The notes beneath the pieces were generated by a model. It had not been told where the DNA came from, did not search any database, and saw only the letters and a list, made by a program, of their open reading frames with translations. The position numbers and the translations under genes are program-made. From IMG/VR virus record IMGVR_UViG_3300025770_000870, positions 1 to 64,000 of that record: a DNA stretch of 64,000 nt. One strand, given 5' to 3'. Of the stretch, positions 37,094 to 47,213 are shown in pieces; positions within the stretch are counted from its first letter, which is position 1; every line of letters begins with the position of its first letter.

Positions 37094-37294
37094 CTCCTAT
37101 AATTATAATACAAGGTAAGATATAAACACTCCAAACTAAATAAGGTTCTCCAGAGATATACTCATTGTAAAACTACCATACTTATTCAAAAATTTTGATA
37201 TCATAATATTAAAATTATTTTTATTTATTACCAATCGGAATCATCTTGATCTTAATCCATTGAAGAATATTCTATTTAACTATAAACAAGTTTA

Positions 37295-38056
37295 TCACAC
37301 ACCTAACATTTCTTTTAATTTACCCAACATTTCTTGGATTTCTGGAACATCAGCCATATCAATGAATAAACGTTTACTTTTGATATAATCAAATGCACTC
37401 ATCTTATCAACATAACTAAAATCATCAAATTTCTTACCAACATGACCTTCTATATCAGCAATGAATTCTTCATTACTTTGCCACAAATCATCTAATGGGT
37501 CATAATTATCTTGATCCGGATCAGTTGAAGGATCATAATCCATATCATCATCTACCCAACTAGCCATAGAATCGGCTACTGTTTGTTTATATACCCACGA
37601 ATCATCCATTCTATAATCATTAATATCCTTTTTAAAATATTCCAATGTTCTTATAGCACTCCGAGAACCATCAAAATCTCTTCTAACAATAGCGCGGAAT
37701 GAACTAACAATGTCATCCAATATACCAAACATAGATTCATCCATATATTCACCGGATTCATCATCAGGTATACCAAATTCATTCTTTTGATATAATTCCT
37801 TTTCATATTTTCTAATAATACTTAAATAATCTTCTGCCATTACATTTTCTTTATTTAACATTTTCTTAGAAAATTCTTTAATACCCTTAATAAATTCTGG
37901 ATTAGTAGATATCTTAACATCTTTATAATAATGTTGTTCATGTATCTCAACCATTCTCAATATATATTTTTCATACTGAGGTATCATTGCTAAGAATTCA
38001 AACTTAGCATCATCGCTCTCTTTTATAAATTCAATATGTTCTTTTAAATATTTCAT
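37295..38056 (-). CDS. MKYLK-leader family protein, acidic
   Basis: MKYLKEHIEFIKES. Confidence 0.8.
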   Translation of the reverse strand: MKYLKEHIEFIKESDDAKFEFLAMIPQYEKYILRMVEIHEQHYYKDVKISTNPEFIKGIKEFSKKMLNKENVMAEDYLSIIRKYEKELYQKNEFGIPDDESGEYMDESMFGILDDIVSSFRAIVRRDFDGSRSAIRTLEYFKKDINDYRMDDSWVYKQTVADSMASWVDDDMDYDPSTDPDQDNYDPLDDLWQSNEEFIADIEGHVGKKFDDFSYVDKMSAFDYIKSKRLFIDMADVPEIQEMLGKLKEMLGV

Positions 38057-38318
38057 AGTTCTTTTTTGTTTAATACTTAAACAATCATAACATATATATT
38101 TAATTGAAATGTTCTTTATCTAACTCTTTAGTGAGTGCGAACTTTATAGGCATATAATAACCATTTTTAATTTTATTGATAGCATTACTATGTCAACGGT
38201 ATCGATAGGAGTGGCGTTGAAGGTACCCTTCAATCTTATCGGAATAAATAGACACATTTATTCATTTAAAGTGTAAATACGCGTGTAATTCTGTTTAATA
38301 TATGTTATATATACATAT

Positions 38319-38747
38319 ATGGAATACTTAAAGACATTTGAATCTAATTATAATGATATTGATTATGTAGATTCAACTTTATATAATAAAAATGTAAATC
38401 AAACTCCTGAAGGTACAGAATTTATAAATGTGTATAGAGCAGAAGGAGATACTGTATCCAGAGAAAAACTACCTCTTTCTTCAAGAGGAAATGCTGGATC
38501 TTGGTTTACACCTTTCAAATCAGAAGCTGAAAGATATGCTGGGATGGGAAATAGAAAAATATATAAAATTGCTATTCCTAAAGCACTTTATGACAACATA
38601 CTAAAGAGTAGAGAAGGTGGGGTGTCGATGTCTAAAGGAGAAATTCAATTACCAGAAAACATAACTTCTTTAAAGACCGAAGTATCTACTCAGATAGATA
38701 TGAAATATTTAAAAACATCCGAAAATATTAATCTTCATCCTCGATAG
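38319..38747 (+). CDS. Leader-family protein, putative ADP-ribosyltransferase-like fold
   Basis: VYRAE...GSWFT...AERYA...GEI (R-S-E-like order). Confidence 0.5.
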   Translation: MEYLKTFESNYNDIDYVDSTLYNKNVNQTPEGTEFINVYRAEGDTVSREKLPLSSRGNAGSWFTPFKSEAERYAGMGNRKIYKIAIPKALYDNILKSREGGVSMSKGEIQLPENITSLKTEVSTQIDMKYLKTSENINLHPR

Positions 38748-39681
38748 GTTTTAATTTATTTGCTAACCAAGCATGATAATCAAAGTCTATGATAACTCCT
38801 TGTAATCCTAAGTATCTATCAGTGAAATATTCTAATCCTTTTTTATCATAACCTTTATTAATTTTCATTAATCTTTCTAAATCATCTTTAGTTATCTCTC
38901 TTAACTCACATGAATGTAATTCACTTAGATAATGGTGTGTTGAATTCACCATATATTCTATACGTGAAATATTCTTATTAAGAACTTGCTTTCTAATACC
39001 CTCTGTATTGATTGGTATAATAAGAAACCCTTGTTCTTCTCTACCTAGATATCCCCAAACACCTTCACCTAATTTATTCTTAAATGCTGTTTTGTCGAAA
39101 GCTGGTGTACCGCCATGTATTCGGTCCCTATATCTTCTTAGAGAATTATCTATACTATCAATAGAATCTTCTCTCCTTTTTTTATTATAAGCTTCTAAAC
39201 GAGTATCATCACCAACAACTGATGATATAATAAATCTAACAACCCAAACACCACTAGTGAGTGTAAGGTTATATTTACAATCTTCGAAGTGTTCGCTAAA
39301 AGAAGCTATAGATTCCATAATGGTTTCAACAGTATTATCATACTTTATAAAGTATAAAACTTTAGTATCTCTACCATATGATTCTTTTTTAACATGTCTG
39401 TATTCAGTATCTTCTTTATTAATACTCATTGATAATGAAAATTCTACAATAGCTTTTTTTGCATCAGTTAATTTCACATATTGATGTGGACTGTTTTGGT
39501 AACCATTCTCATCTTCAAAGTATTGTTTCTTATCATCGTTATAAATAAACCCCTCATCTGTAAGATAATAAAGTCTATCCTTTATAAAGTTATTAGAATA
39601 CTTAAATCCTTTACTAACTAATTCATCATAATCTTCATCATCAGATGATTCAAATAACTTATATGTGTTTATGTGTTTCAT
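38728..39681 (-). CDS. MKYLK-leader family protein
   Basis: MKHINTYKLFES; IKDRLYYLTDEGF. Confidence 0.8.
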   Translation of the reverse strand: MKHINTYKLFESSDDEDYDELVSKGFKYSNNFIKDRLYYLTDEGFIYNDDKKQYFEDENGYQNSPHQYVKLTDAKKAIVEFSLSMSINKEDTEYRHVKKESYGRDTKVLYFIKYDNTVETIMESIASFSEHFEDCKYNLTLTSGVWVVRFIISSVVGDDTRLEAYNKKRREDSIDSIDNSLRRYRDRIHGGTPAFDKTAFKNKLGEGVWGYLGREEQGFLIIPINTEGIRKQVLNKNISRIEYMVNSTHHYLSELHSCELREITKDDLERLMKINKGYDKKGLEYFTDRYLGLQGVIIDFDYHAWLANKLKPIEDED

Positions 39682-39776
39682 TATTAATTATTAATTATAT
39701 ATTAATATATATAATCTAAAATTTAAATATATTATGTATATTTGTATAAATAATAAACTAAATAATAAACTAAATT

Positions 39777-39974
39777 ATGGATTATAAAATAGGAGAAGAA
39801 TATGAATTTGGGAAATACCTTGGTATTTTAACTGTATTTCCTTATAATAAAGATTATGTAAATAAAGTACATAAGTTTGCTAAGCCTAGTGGTAATAGTA
39901 GAAAGTGTGCAACTATCACTGAGATATTCATAGAAAAGATATCAAGAAAGGAATATGGCGTCAAAGAAGCATAG
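39777..39974 (+). CDS. Hypothetical protein
   Basis: ORF track; TATATTTG promoter box upstream. Confidence 0.6.
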   Translation: MDYKIGEEYEFGKYLGILTVFPYNKDYVNKVHKFAKPSGNSRKCATITEIFIEKISRKEYGVKEA

Positions 39975-40122
39975 AAAACGTTGTAAACAAAATAGGAATC
40001 AAATTTTAGTTTTGAGTATAAATTCTGGAATACCACCCATCTTCAAATAACTTATATGTGTTTATGTTCATTTATATAGTATATATAAACCCAACAAAAC
40101 ATTATAACATTATATAACCATT

Positions 40123-40392
40123 ATGGATATTATTATAAATATAATAGGACTTGCTTGTGTCGGTGTCTTGTGGATTGTAAGTGAACCAACAATCAGATTA
40201 AGAAACTGGATATTTAAAGGTAAAAATAATATGATTAGTCGTTTATTGGGGTGTGCTATGTGTTCAACATTTCATATCTATCTATGGACACAACTTATAG
40301 TCACTCATGAGTTTGATATATTGGGAGCGGCTATAGCTTCTGTATTAGCGGAGTTTATATCCAGAAAATTAAATAGTGGTAGTGTATTATGA
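40123..40392 (+). CDS. Small membrane protein with CxxC (DUF1360-like)
   Basis: LLGCAMCSTFH between TM segments. Confidence 0.55.
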   Translation: MDIIINIIGLACVGVLWIVSEPTIRLRNWIFKGKNNMISRLLGCAMCSTFHIYLWTQLIVTHEFDILGAAIASVLAEFISRKLNSGSVL

Positions 40393-40688
40393 ATATAGAG
40401 AAGAAAGTAATAGAGGATAATCAATACAAAGACTATCTATTCAAACGTGTAGATACGGTAATGCAATCAATAATATGTAATGAAGGAGGTAATCATCACC
40501 CTCATATAATAGAAGAATTGTTTAATACATATAATGAAATATTCGAGGTTAAAGAATATGCAAGAGCTTGTGGAGATTGTCGTAAGAGAGTGTTTAGTGG
40601 TCTTAAAGAGTGGTGGGATAATAATGGTGGTAAGAATAATTTTCCGCCGCCTAAACAGACTGTAAAAGTACGTAAAATAAGAAAGTGA
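40389..40688 (+). CDS. Hypothetical protein with CGDC
   Basis: ORF track; ATGA overlap. Confidence 0.7.
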   Translation: MNIEKKVIEDNQYKDYLFKRVDTVMQSIICNEGGNHHPHIIEELFNTYNEIFEVKEYARACGDCRKRVFSGLKEWWDNNGGKNNFPPPKQTVKVRKIRK

Positions 40689-40696
40689 TATTTATT

Positions 40697-41299
40697 TTAG
40701 TATGGACCTTTCTTTATAGAACTTCCATAATATGGTTTGATATTGTATCCATATTTTGAATAATTAAAATTATTTTTAATAGTAATTATTATATTTTTTA
40801 TTTCAGCATTTTTGAGATCATACTCTTCAAGTCCTTCGGTTAAATTCTGATCCTCACCTATTTCATAACCATACAAAAGCACGTTTTTTATTTTAGACCA
40901 TTCCCAATCAACTTCTTTAGTTAATAACTTATTAAGTGAAATTGCTATAAAGGGTGAGTTATAAATAACGTGTACATACATTTCTTTATAACCATTTTCT
41001 TTTAAAAATTTCTCTGAATCTAAATAGTTATCTGTTCTATCGATGCAATCATAAACATCAGACATAATAAAGTTTTGATCGTTACCTTTGTTTATATTGA
41101 TAGTGACTTTACCAGGTACTCGGGAATCACCAAATACAGAATTCTGTACACGAACATCATAATTATCATCCTGTAATTCTACAAAGATATCTTTAATATT
41201 ATTGATAACGGTGTTTGGTATTTTATAAGGCACTCCAGCCTCAGACAGAGACATATTGCTATATTCATTTTCTTCGTTAAATTTTCTTAAATACTTCAT
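40697..41299 (-). CDS. MKYLK-leader family protein
   Basis: MKYLRKFNEE; IKDIFVELQDDNY. Confidence 0.8.
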   Translation of the reverse strand: MKYLRKFNEENEYSNMSLSEAGVPYKIPNTVINNIKDIFVELQDDNYDVRVQNSVFGDSRVPGKVTININKGNDQNFIMSDVYDCIDRTDNYLDSEKFLKENGYKEMYVHVIYNSPFIAISLNKLLTKEVDWEWSKIKNVLLYGYEIGEDQNLTEGLEEYDLKNAEIKNIIITIKNNFNYSKYGYNIKPYYGSSIKKGPY

Positions 41300-41333
41300 A
41301 TATTATATATTAAAAATAGTTAATATATAATAT

Positions 41334-42173
41334 ATGAAAATACACTGGGTTATAATATTACTATCTCTACTTAATTCTTGTAAATTAACCGATGTTGTTG
41401 AACATAATCAAGATACTGACATAGTTATTGAAGTTGTTGATACTACTCACGTAGAATTTCCTCCTTCGCCAATAATTACACTTGATACTATTAATGTATC
41501 AAATATTGAAGAATATATAGATTCTAAAGAAATTGAGGAGTATGTTTATGTCGAATATATCAAGTCTGTTATATTAGATATAGAAGACCAAACATCTGAT
41601 ACACCAAAGAATACTGAGGGTATGGTAGCATATTCTGTACCAAATGAGATGCAAGTGGGTAACCCATATACTATTAAGCTAAGAATAACTAAAATAAAGG
41701 ACAATTCATCTAAAATAGACCTTATACTTGGTGAAAGAAGTAATAATACGATATATGAAGGTGATGTTGATACAAAAGTCATTATAGAGAACATAAGAGT
41801 TGAATCTTTAATGTCAGCATCTTTAATAGGTGATGAAGAGAAGTTTTATATCAATGAGATGAGCACTAAGACACAGGTGTTAGAAGATTCATCATATACT
41901 GAATGGAGTTGGGTTGTTAATCCATTAAAGGGTGGAAACAATCATTTGAAGATGATTATAACGGTTGTTATCAACGATGATGGTTATTCTAAAGATATAG
42001 TTGTGTTTGATAAATCAATAGAGGTGAGGTCTAATATAAAGTTCTCTGTCAATACATGGTTCTCAAGTTATTGGCAATGGTTGATGACAACTATAATAAT
42101 ACCAATTACTATATGGATTTACAGAAAACGGAAAAAGAAAAGGGAAAGTAAAAACTTCACTATTGAATTATAA
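41334..42173 (+). CDS. Putative lipoprotein with C-terminal TM anchor
   Basis: LNSC lipobox; EWSWVVNP; C-terminal TM plus basic tail. Confidence 0.7.
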   Translation: MKIHWVIILLSLLNSCKLTDVVEHNQDTDIVIEVVDTTHVEFPPSPIITLDTINVSNIEEYIDSKEIEEYVYVEYIKSVILDIEDQTSDTPKNTEGMVAYSVPNEMQVGNPYTIKLRITKIKDNSSKIDLILGERSNNTIYEGDVDTKVIIENIRVESLMSASLIGDEEKFYINEMSTKTQVLEDSSYTEWSWVVNPLKGGNNHLKMIITVVINDDGYSKDIVVFDKSIEVRSNIKFSVNTWFSSYWQWLMTTIIIPITIWIYRKRKKKRESKNFTIEL

Positions 42174-42200
42174 TGTGTACATCTTTAGATTTTATATATC

Positions 42201-42908
42201 TCATACCAATTCTACTGCAATTTCAACATAAGAATATCCTGATCCATTTGGTTTCCCATTTTTTTCTTTTTGATAAGAATCAACTTCTTTTTGGTATCCA
42301 AGTTCCCCCTTTAATAAAATTAAATCAGAGTAGTTATCATGATTGTGTTCATGATAAGAATATGGATTACCAGGTATAGATGTTGAGCTATCCACTAAGT
42401 ACTTAGCCTTTAGTCTATATTCTAAACCTAAAACTTCTTTTATCCTTTCTAGTGTTGATTCTAACTCATCAATAAAATCATCAAGTTCATCTCTCTCTTC
42501 ATATAAACGATAACCACTATCATCAGCACTGAACTTACATCTTAAATCATATTTTATTAAAAATAAACTTTGAACATCAATTCTTTTACTAAGGCCTGAT
42601 GTTCTTCTATTATGATACCATTGAGTTATATCACTTTGACCATCCCAATCAGAATGTTTTATTAAGTAAAAAACAGGTTCATCATTAATTTGTATACCAT
42701 TGGTCCAATTTATTGCCTCTGCTCTGTTCATAGGGTTTACGATTTTATCAATCGCGTTAGGATTATTATATGAATCAGTTAAACTAAACATATACTCATC
42801 AACAGTTTCCTTTGTCTTATTAATAAGGTCTATACTTTTTTGCTTAACCTCTTTCATCTCTTTATCGAAGTCTTGTCTCAATGATTCATATGTCTTTAAA
42901 TATTTCAT
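42201..42908 (-). CDS. MKYLK-leader family protein
   Basis: Preferred start MKYLKTYES. Confidence 0.8.
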   Translation of the reverse strand: MKYLKTYESLRQDFDKEMKEVKQKSIDLINKTKETVDEYMFSLTDSYNNPNAIDKIVNPMNRAEAINWTNGIQINDEPVFYLIKHSDWDGQSDITQWYHNRRTSGLSKRIDVQSLFLIKYDLRCKFSADDSGYRLYEERDELDDFIDELESTLERIKEVLGLEYRLKAKYLVDSSTSIPGNPYSYHEHNHDNYSDLILLKGELGYQKEVDSYQKEKNGKPNGSGYSYVEIAVELV

Positions 42909-42909
42909 A

Positions 42910-43353
42910 TTACCAGTCTCCTTTTGCCATTCCCTTATCATATTCCCTTCTACATCTATCAGAACAAAATATATCATATCTTGATTTTTTCATAAATGTA
43001 TTATTACATCCACCATTATTACAGTATTTCATACTTGGTTTAAATGATATATCATTGTATATTCTTCCTAATTCACCCATAATATGTTCTCTATACTCAC
43101 CATCCTGTAAATACATAGGAAACCATTCTTCCTCGGCGGTTGGTGGGGAATCATAATATGATTCTAATCGTTTTCTTATAGTAGTTTCCTTTGTGTTCCA
43201 TTCTTCTGCAACATCTGATATAGAAATATAATAATCTATAAATGAAAACATCTCATCAAAGTTATTAAAGATATACTCACTAGCCAATTGCTTATAGGCT
43301 TCATCTTTCCATGAATCTTTATTGAAATTTTCAAATAATTTTACATATCTCAT
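42910..43353 (-). CDS. Leader-family protein with C-terminal zinc finger
   Basis: MRYVKLFENF; CNNGGC...FCSDRC. Confidence 0.75.
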   Translation of the reverse strand: MRYVKLFENFNKDSWKDEAYKQLASEYIFNNFDEMFSFIDYYISISDVAEEWNTKETTIRKRLESYYDSPPTAEEEWFPMYLQDGEYREHIMGELGRIYNDISFKPSMKYCNNGGCNNTFMKKSRYDIFCSDRCRREYDKGMAKGDW

Positions 43354-43435
43354 AATCATATATATTAAAAACCTTGTATGATTAAAATATTAATATATTA
43401 TAAAATATCACTTGGAGTTTTGATGATTTTTAGAA

Positions 43436-44020
43436 TCAAACAGAGATCATTTTTTTCTCTAAATAACTATAAAATGATTTACCAGACGTATCCCCATCAG
43501 CATATATCTCTTCGTCATTATAATGTATGGTTGTAATTAAAGAATTCTCATAATCATTAAATAATATATCTTTAATCCCCACTCTCAAATTAGACATATC
43601 AAACTCTTCCCCATCTTTTAAATTTATCGTACCAGACATAATCCACCCTTTTTCATTAGATATTGTAGTGATTATGTTTTCAGTACCATCATAATGACAT
43701 ATCTCTTCACTATCTATTTTAGCGTTATATGGTTCATCCTCTAGTTCCCAAATATTATCTATTTTAATCTCTTTATCACCATCGATAATATATAAAGTGG
43801 TACCATCTACATTAGCACCGTAAACATGTAGGCAATCATCACGATCATACCAATCATAACTATCTGGTAGTAATTCTTCTATATCCCAAATGACATTACC
43901 CAGAGTTTCGTCATCTTTCGTCATCTTATTTTCTAATATTTCCACTTCCTCATCGGTGAATTTTCCCTGGACTAACTCCATACCATAACCTACTACTCTA
44001 ATTTCTACTGTTTTACTCAT
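43436..44020 (-). CDS. Acidic hypothetical protein
   Basis: ORF track. Confidence 0.75.
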   Translation of the reverse strand: MSKTVEIRVVGYGMELVQGKFTDEEVEILENKMTKDDETLGNVIWDIEELLPDSYDWYDRDDCLHVYGANVDGTTLYIIDGDKEIKIDNIWELEDEPYNAKIDSEEICHYDGTENIITTISNEKGWIMSGTINLKDGEEFDMSNLRVGIKDILFNDYENSLITTIHYNDEEIYADGDTSGKSFYSYLEKKMISV

Positions 44021-44030
44021 CTTATTGTTT

Positions 44031-44303
44031 TTAATTCACATCAATTATTGAGGTAATTGGCATGTAAAGGTTTTCTTTTAATAAAACATATTCATCACCA
44101 ACCATCCATATAGTTGTATCAATTTTCATTTGGCCATTATTAGTAGCAAATGTTATTTTGTATTTACTTCTTTCATTATTTCCGTTTTTACTTGCTCGTT
44201 TTAATTTATCAACGATAGCAATCATGTCATTATTCCCGGATTCACTAAATGTAACTTCTGTTAAATCCCTCATCGGTATTATTGGTATGTATTTATTCAT
44301 CAT
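44031..44303 (-). CDS. Hypothetical protein
   Basis: ORF track; LKRASKNGN..R.K..I.F...IDTTIW. Confidence 0.7.
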   Translation of the reverse strand: MMNKYIPIIPMRDLTEVTFSESGNNDMIAIVDKLKRASKNGNNERSKYKITFATNNGQMKIDTTIWMVGDEYVLLKENLYMPITSIIDVN

Positions 44304-44344
44304 CTTTGTTTTTTTTTAATTTTATATCCATAAATATAACTTTT

Positions 44345-45085
44345 TTATCTTCTTGATAACATAAATTTTCTACTTCTTCCACATGCTGAGTTAGCCATTG
44401 TAAATCCTAAGTCATAATTGAATTCCAATACGAACATAATTGTTACATCAGTAGTTTCGATTGGTCTATCATCCATTGCGTAAATATTACTTCCACTTAC
44501 TTTCGGTGAATTAGTTAAATCAGCAAAGTTGTATCTTAATCGAAATCCAGTTGATATACCCCAATTACCTACACCAAAAGCATAACCTCCTACTCCAAGC
44601 AAAAATCCCCGCCTCTTTGTATTGTATAGACTGGTATAATCAGTACTAACACCATTCAGTGTTTCTGTAACTGATTTCGTATTACCAAAGACAATTCCGG
44701 TTTCGATGTACGTGTCATTTTCTTTATTGAATCGTAACATCAATGGTATTTCACTTCCTATTGATTGTATTTCCAAACTATTACTATCAACTCTGTATAT
44801 CTGATTGTTTTTTGAATATAAATACTCAACTACGACTGCAAAGTTATCGTTGAAATTGAACGCAAACTTACCACCGGCATTTAATCTCATTGAATTAAGT
44901 TTATGTAAATAGGGTGTGCTTTCTGTATCGTTAAAAGGGGTTGATACCTCATTATTAAACCAACTCGGTCCAACTGATAATTTAGGCCCAAAGTCAATAA
45001 AGAATTTACTGTCTTTAAATAGTCCTTGTGTGAACCCTGTAATTGTTATTATTACAGCGATTAGAATTAATCCAATTTTCTTCAT
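44345..45085 (-). CDS. Outer-membrane beta-barrel protein (Bacteroidota porin/PorT-like)
   Basis: Signal peptide; alternating beta strands; EIPLMLRF. Confidence 0.7.
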   Translation of the reverse strand: MKKIGLILIAVIITITGFTQGLFKDSKFFIDFGPKLSVGPSWFNNEVSTPFNDTESTPYLHKLNSMRLNAGGKFAFNFNDNFAVVVEYLYSKNNQIYRVDSNSLEIQSIGSEIPLMLRFNKENDTYIETGIVFGNTKSVTETLNGVSTDYTSLYNTKRRGFLLGVGGYAFGVGNWGISTGFRLRYNFADLTNSPKVSGSNIYAMDDRPIETTDVTIMFVLEFNYDLGFTMANSACGRSRKFMLSRR

Positions 45086-45333
45086 ATTTCTTCTTTTTTT
45101 TATTTGTTTACTTTATAGATGATGTATAATTTTATTACACATTTTTTAACATAATGGAGTCATTAAGTTTGATTTGCTGAAGAGTCGTGAATGATTTACT
45201 CTTCATTTCCAATTATATGGATATATAATATAATGTTTTAATATAGAGGTTACTTTTTTTTCATTGGGTTGTATTTCTTTCAAGTAAGATAAGTGAGTCA
45301 AAGTTTCGGGATTAGTTTTTAATATATAAGTTT

Positions 45334-46752
45334 ATGTCATTAATCAATAAATATAACGAATTTATTTTAGAAAGAAAATTAGAATTGTTATTCGAATCTA
45401 GAATACACATATCGGATGATTTATCAAATATGTTAGGATCAAAATATATGTTTAATAATGTTATCTCTAGAATAATAACAAGTGCATCAGCTCATATTGA
45501 TACTGATACTAAGGTAAATTTTATTGATGTTAGTGATACTAATGATAGACTATCGTTTATTAATGATGATAAAGGTATGGATATTTATAACGATGATGGA
45601 GATGTTTATAAATCAACTAGCAGAAATGAGGTGAAAGTTGGTAAGATAATAAGAAAGTTATTATCTTCATTAGAAAAATCTGATATTTCTAAATCATCCA
45701 AAGATGTTATTAAGTTATTAACTGATAAAGATATAGAAGATTTTGTTAACTTATATAAATCAACACATGATATACAAAAAGGTAAAATGGATAGATTCGA
45801 ATTAGTCGAAGGAGATGATGTTAAGAAGTATTACTTAGAAATGAATTACCTCAGTGAGGGTGGTATATTGGGAAGTTCTTGTATGAGATATAATTCTTGT
45901 CAAGAGTATATTGAATTTTATACAAAGAATAATGTTAAATTATTAATATTGTTTGCTGATGATAATGAAAAAATGATAATTGGTAGAGCCATTATCTGGG
46001 AGGATATTGAAATTTCTGGTATTGGGAATGGTACATTCATGGATAGAATATACACCACTAATGATAGTGATACTAGTTTATTTAAGAAATATGCTAAAGA
46101 TAATAAGTGGTGGTATAAATCAACCCAAGATTCATCTGAAGGTACTGATTTATATGGTCCTGTTGATGACTATGAAAGTGATGAATATTACGATTTAAAA
46201 TTTTATGTTAAGAAGCTATCTAAGCACTACTCCAACAAATATCCTTATATGGATACATTAAAATTCTATTATTATAGAGATGGATACATATCGAATAATG
46301 AAGATTCTTCATCTAATTTAATAGAGTTAGTATCTGTTGATGGGAGATATGAATGTGATTGTGATGGTCGAGGAGAAAGAGACTGTTATGATTGTGATGG
46401 TCGAGGAGAAATAGAATGTAGAGATTGTGATGGATATGGTAAAAATGATTGTGGTGAATGTAATGATGGTTCTTTAACTTGTGGTGAATGTGATGGAGAA
46501 TCTTATATCACTTGTCCAGAATGTGATGGTGATAATGATGATTGTGATCATTGTGGTGGTGAGAAAGTAGTATCTTGTGAAAAATGCTCAGATGGTGAAG
46601 TTAGATGTGATGATTGTGATGGAGAAGGTATAATAGAATGTAGTGAATGTGAGTCTTACGGAGAAGTTAGATGTGAAGAGTGTAGTTCTAATGGAGAAAT
46701 TGAATGTGTTGATTGTGAAGACTACCAATCATGGAACAAAGTCCGGTTCTAG
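45334..46752 (+). CDS. Phage protein with SCMRY/GRAIIW/MDRIY/YPYMDT domain plus a long CxxCxGxG array
   Basis: Motifs read from the translation; about 11 CxxC units at the C-terminus; leader-like MSLINKYNEFILE. Confidence 0.8.
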   Translation: MSLINKYNEFILERKLELLFESRIHISDDLSNMLGSKYMFNNVISRIITSASAHIDTDTKVNFIDVSDTNDRLSFINDDKGMDIYNDDGDVYKSTSRNEVKVGKIIRKLLSSLEKSDISKSSKDVIKLLTDKDIEDFVNLYKSTHDIQKGKMDRFELVEGDDVKKYYLEMNYLSEGGILGSSCMRYNSCQEYIEFYTKNNVKLLILFADDNEKMIIGRAIIWEDIEISGIGNGTFMDRIYTTNDSDTSLFKKYAKDNKWWYKSTQDSSEGTDLYGPVDDYESDEYYDLKFYVKKLSKHYSNKYPYMDTLKFYYYRDGYISNNEDSSSNLIELVSVDGRYECDCDGRGERDCYDCDGRGEIECRDCDGYGKNDCGECNDGSLTCGECDGESYITCPECDGDNDDCDHCGGEKVVSCEKCSDGEVRCDDCDGEGIIECSECESYGEVRCEECSSNGEIECVDCEDYQSWNKVRF

Positions 46753-46771
46753 CTCAGTTGGTAGAGCAGTA
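46743..46771 (+). pseudogene. tRNA 5'-half-like remnant
   Basis: CCGGTTCTAGCTCAGTTGGTAGAGCA is an acceptor 5' strand plus D arm; no T arm follows. Confidence 0.5.
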
Positions 46772-46824
46772 GCCAAAATCGTTTGCAGTACTATGCTTAT
46801 AAGCATTTAGATAAATATAATATT

Positions 46825-46850
46825 AAAAAACCTCAGATATGAGGTTTTTT
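46825..46850. terminator. Bidirectional terminator
   Basis: AAAAAACCTCA-GATA-TGAGGTTTTTT between convergent genes. Confidence 0.85.
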
Positions 46851-46853
46851 AAT

Positions 46854-47213
46854 TTACACTTTTTCGGATTTAATTTCATTAAGAACATCAATAGTATAAT
46901 CAAATTCATCATAAACATCTTTCGAATCTTTGAAAAGAACTTTAGTATAGAAAAACTTATACAATAAGAAGTGAGTTACAATTAATATTAAACTAGTTGA
47001 TACGATAACACCAGAATCAACACTTGAGAATTGCGAAAATACATACATTAACATAATGAAGAAAGGTATAAAAGAAGCAAAAAATATAGTTGATTCGCTA
47101 TATAAAAATCTCATAACTTTTGAAAGATTAATAGCAATATTTATATTTTTAATAGTTTCGTTATCGAAGTCTTTTTGAATTTCTGTTCTAAGTGTTAATT
47201 TATCTTTTTTCAT
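46854..47213 (-). CDS. Two-TM membrane protein
   Basis: ORF track. Confidence 0.7.
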   Translation of the reverse strand: MKKDKLTLRTEIQKDFDNETIKNINIAINLSKVMRFLYSESTIFFASFIPFFIMLMYVFSQFSSVDSGVIVSTSLILIVTHFLLYKFFYTKVLFKDSKDVYDEFDYTIDVLNEIKSEKV

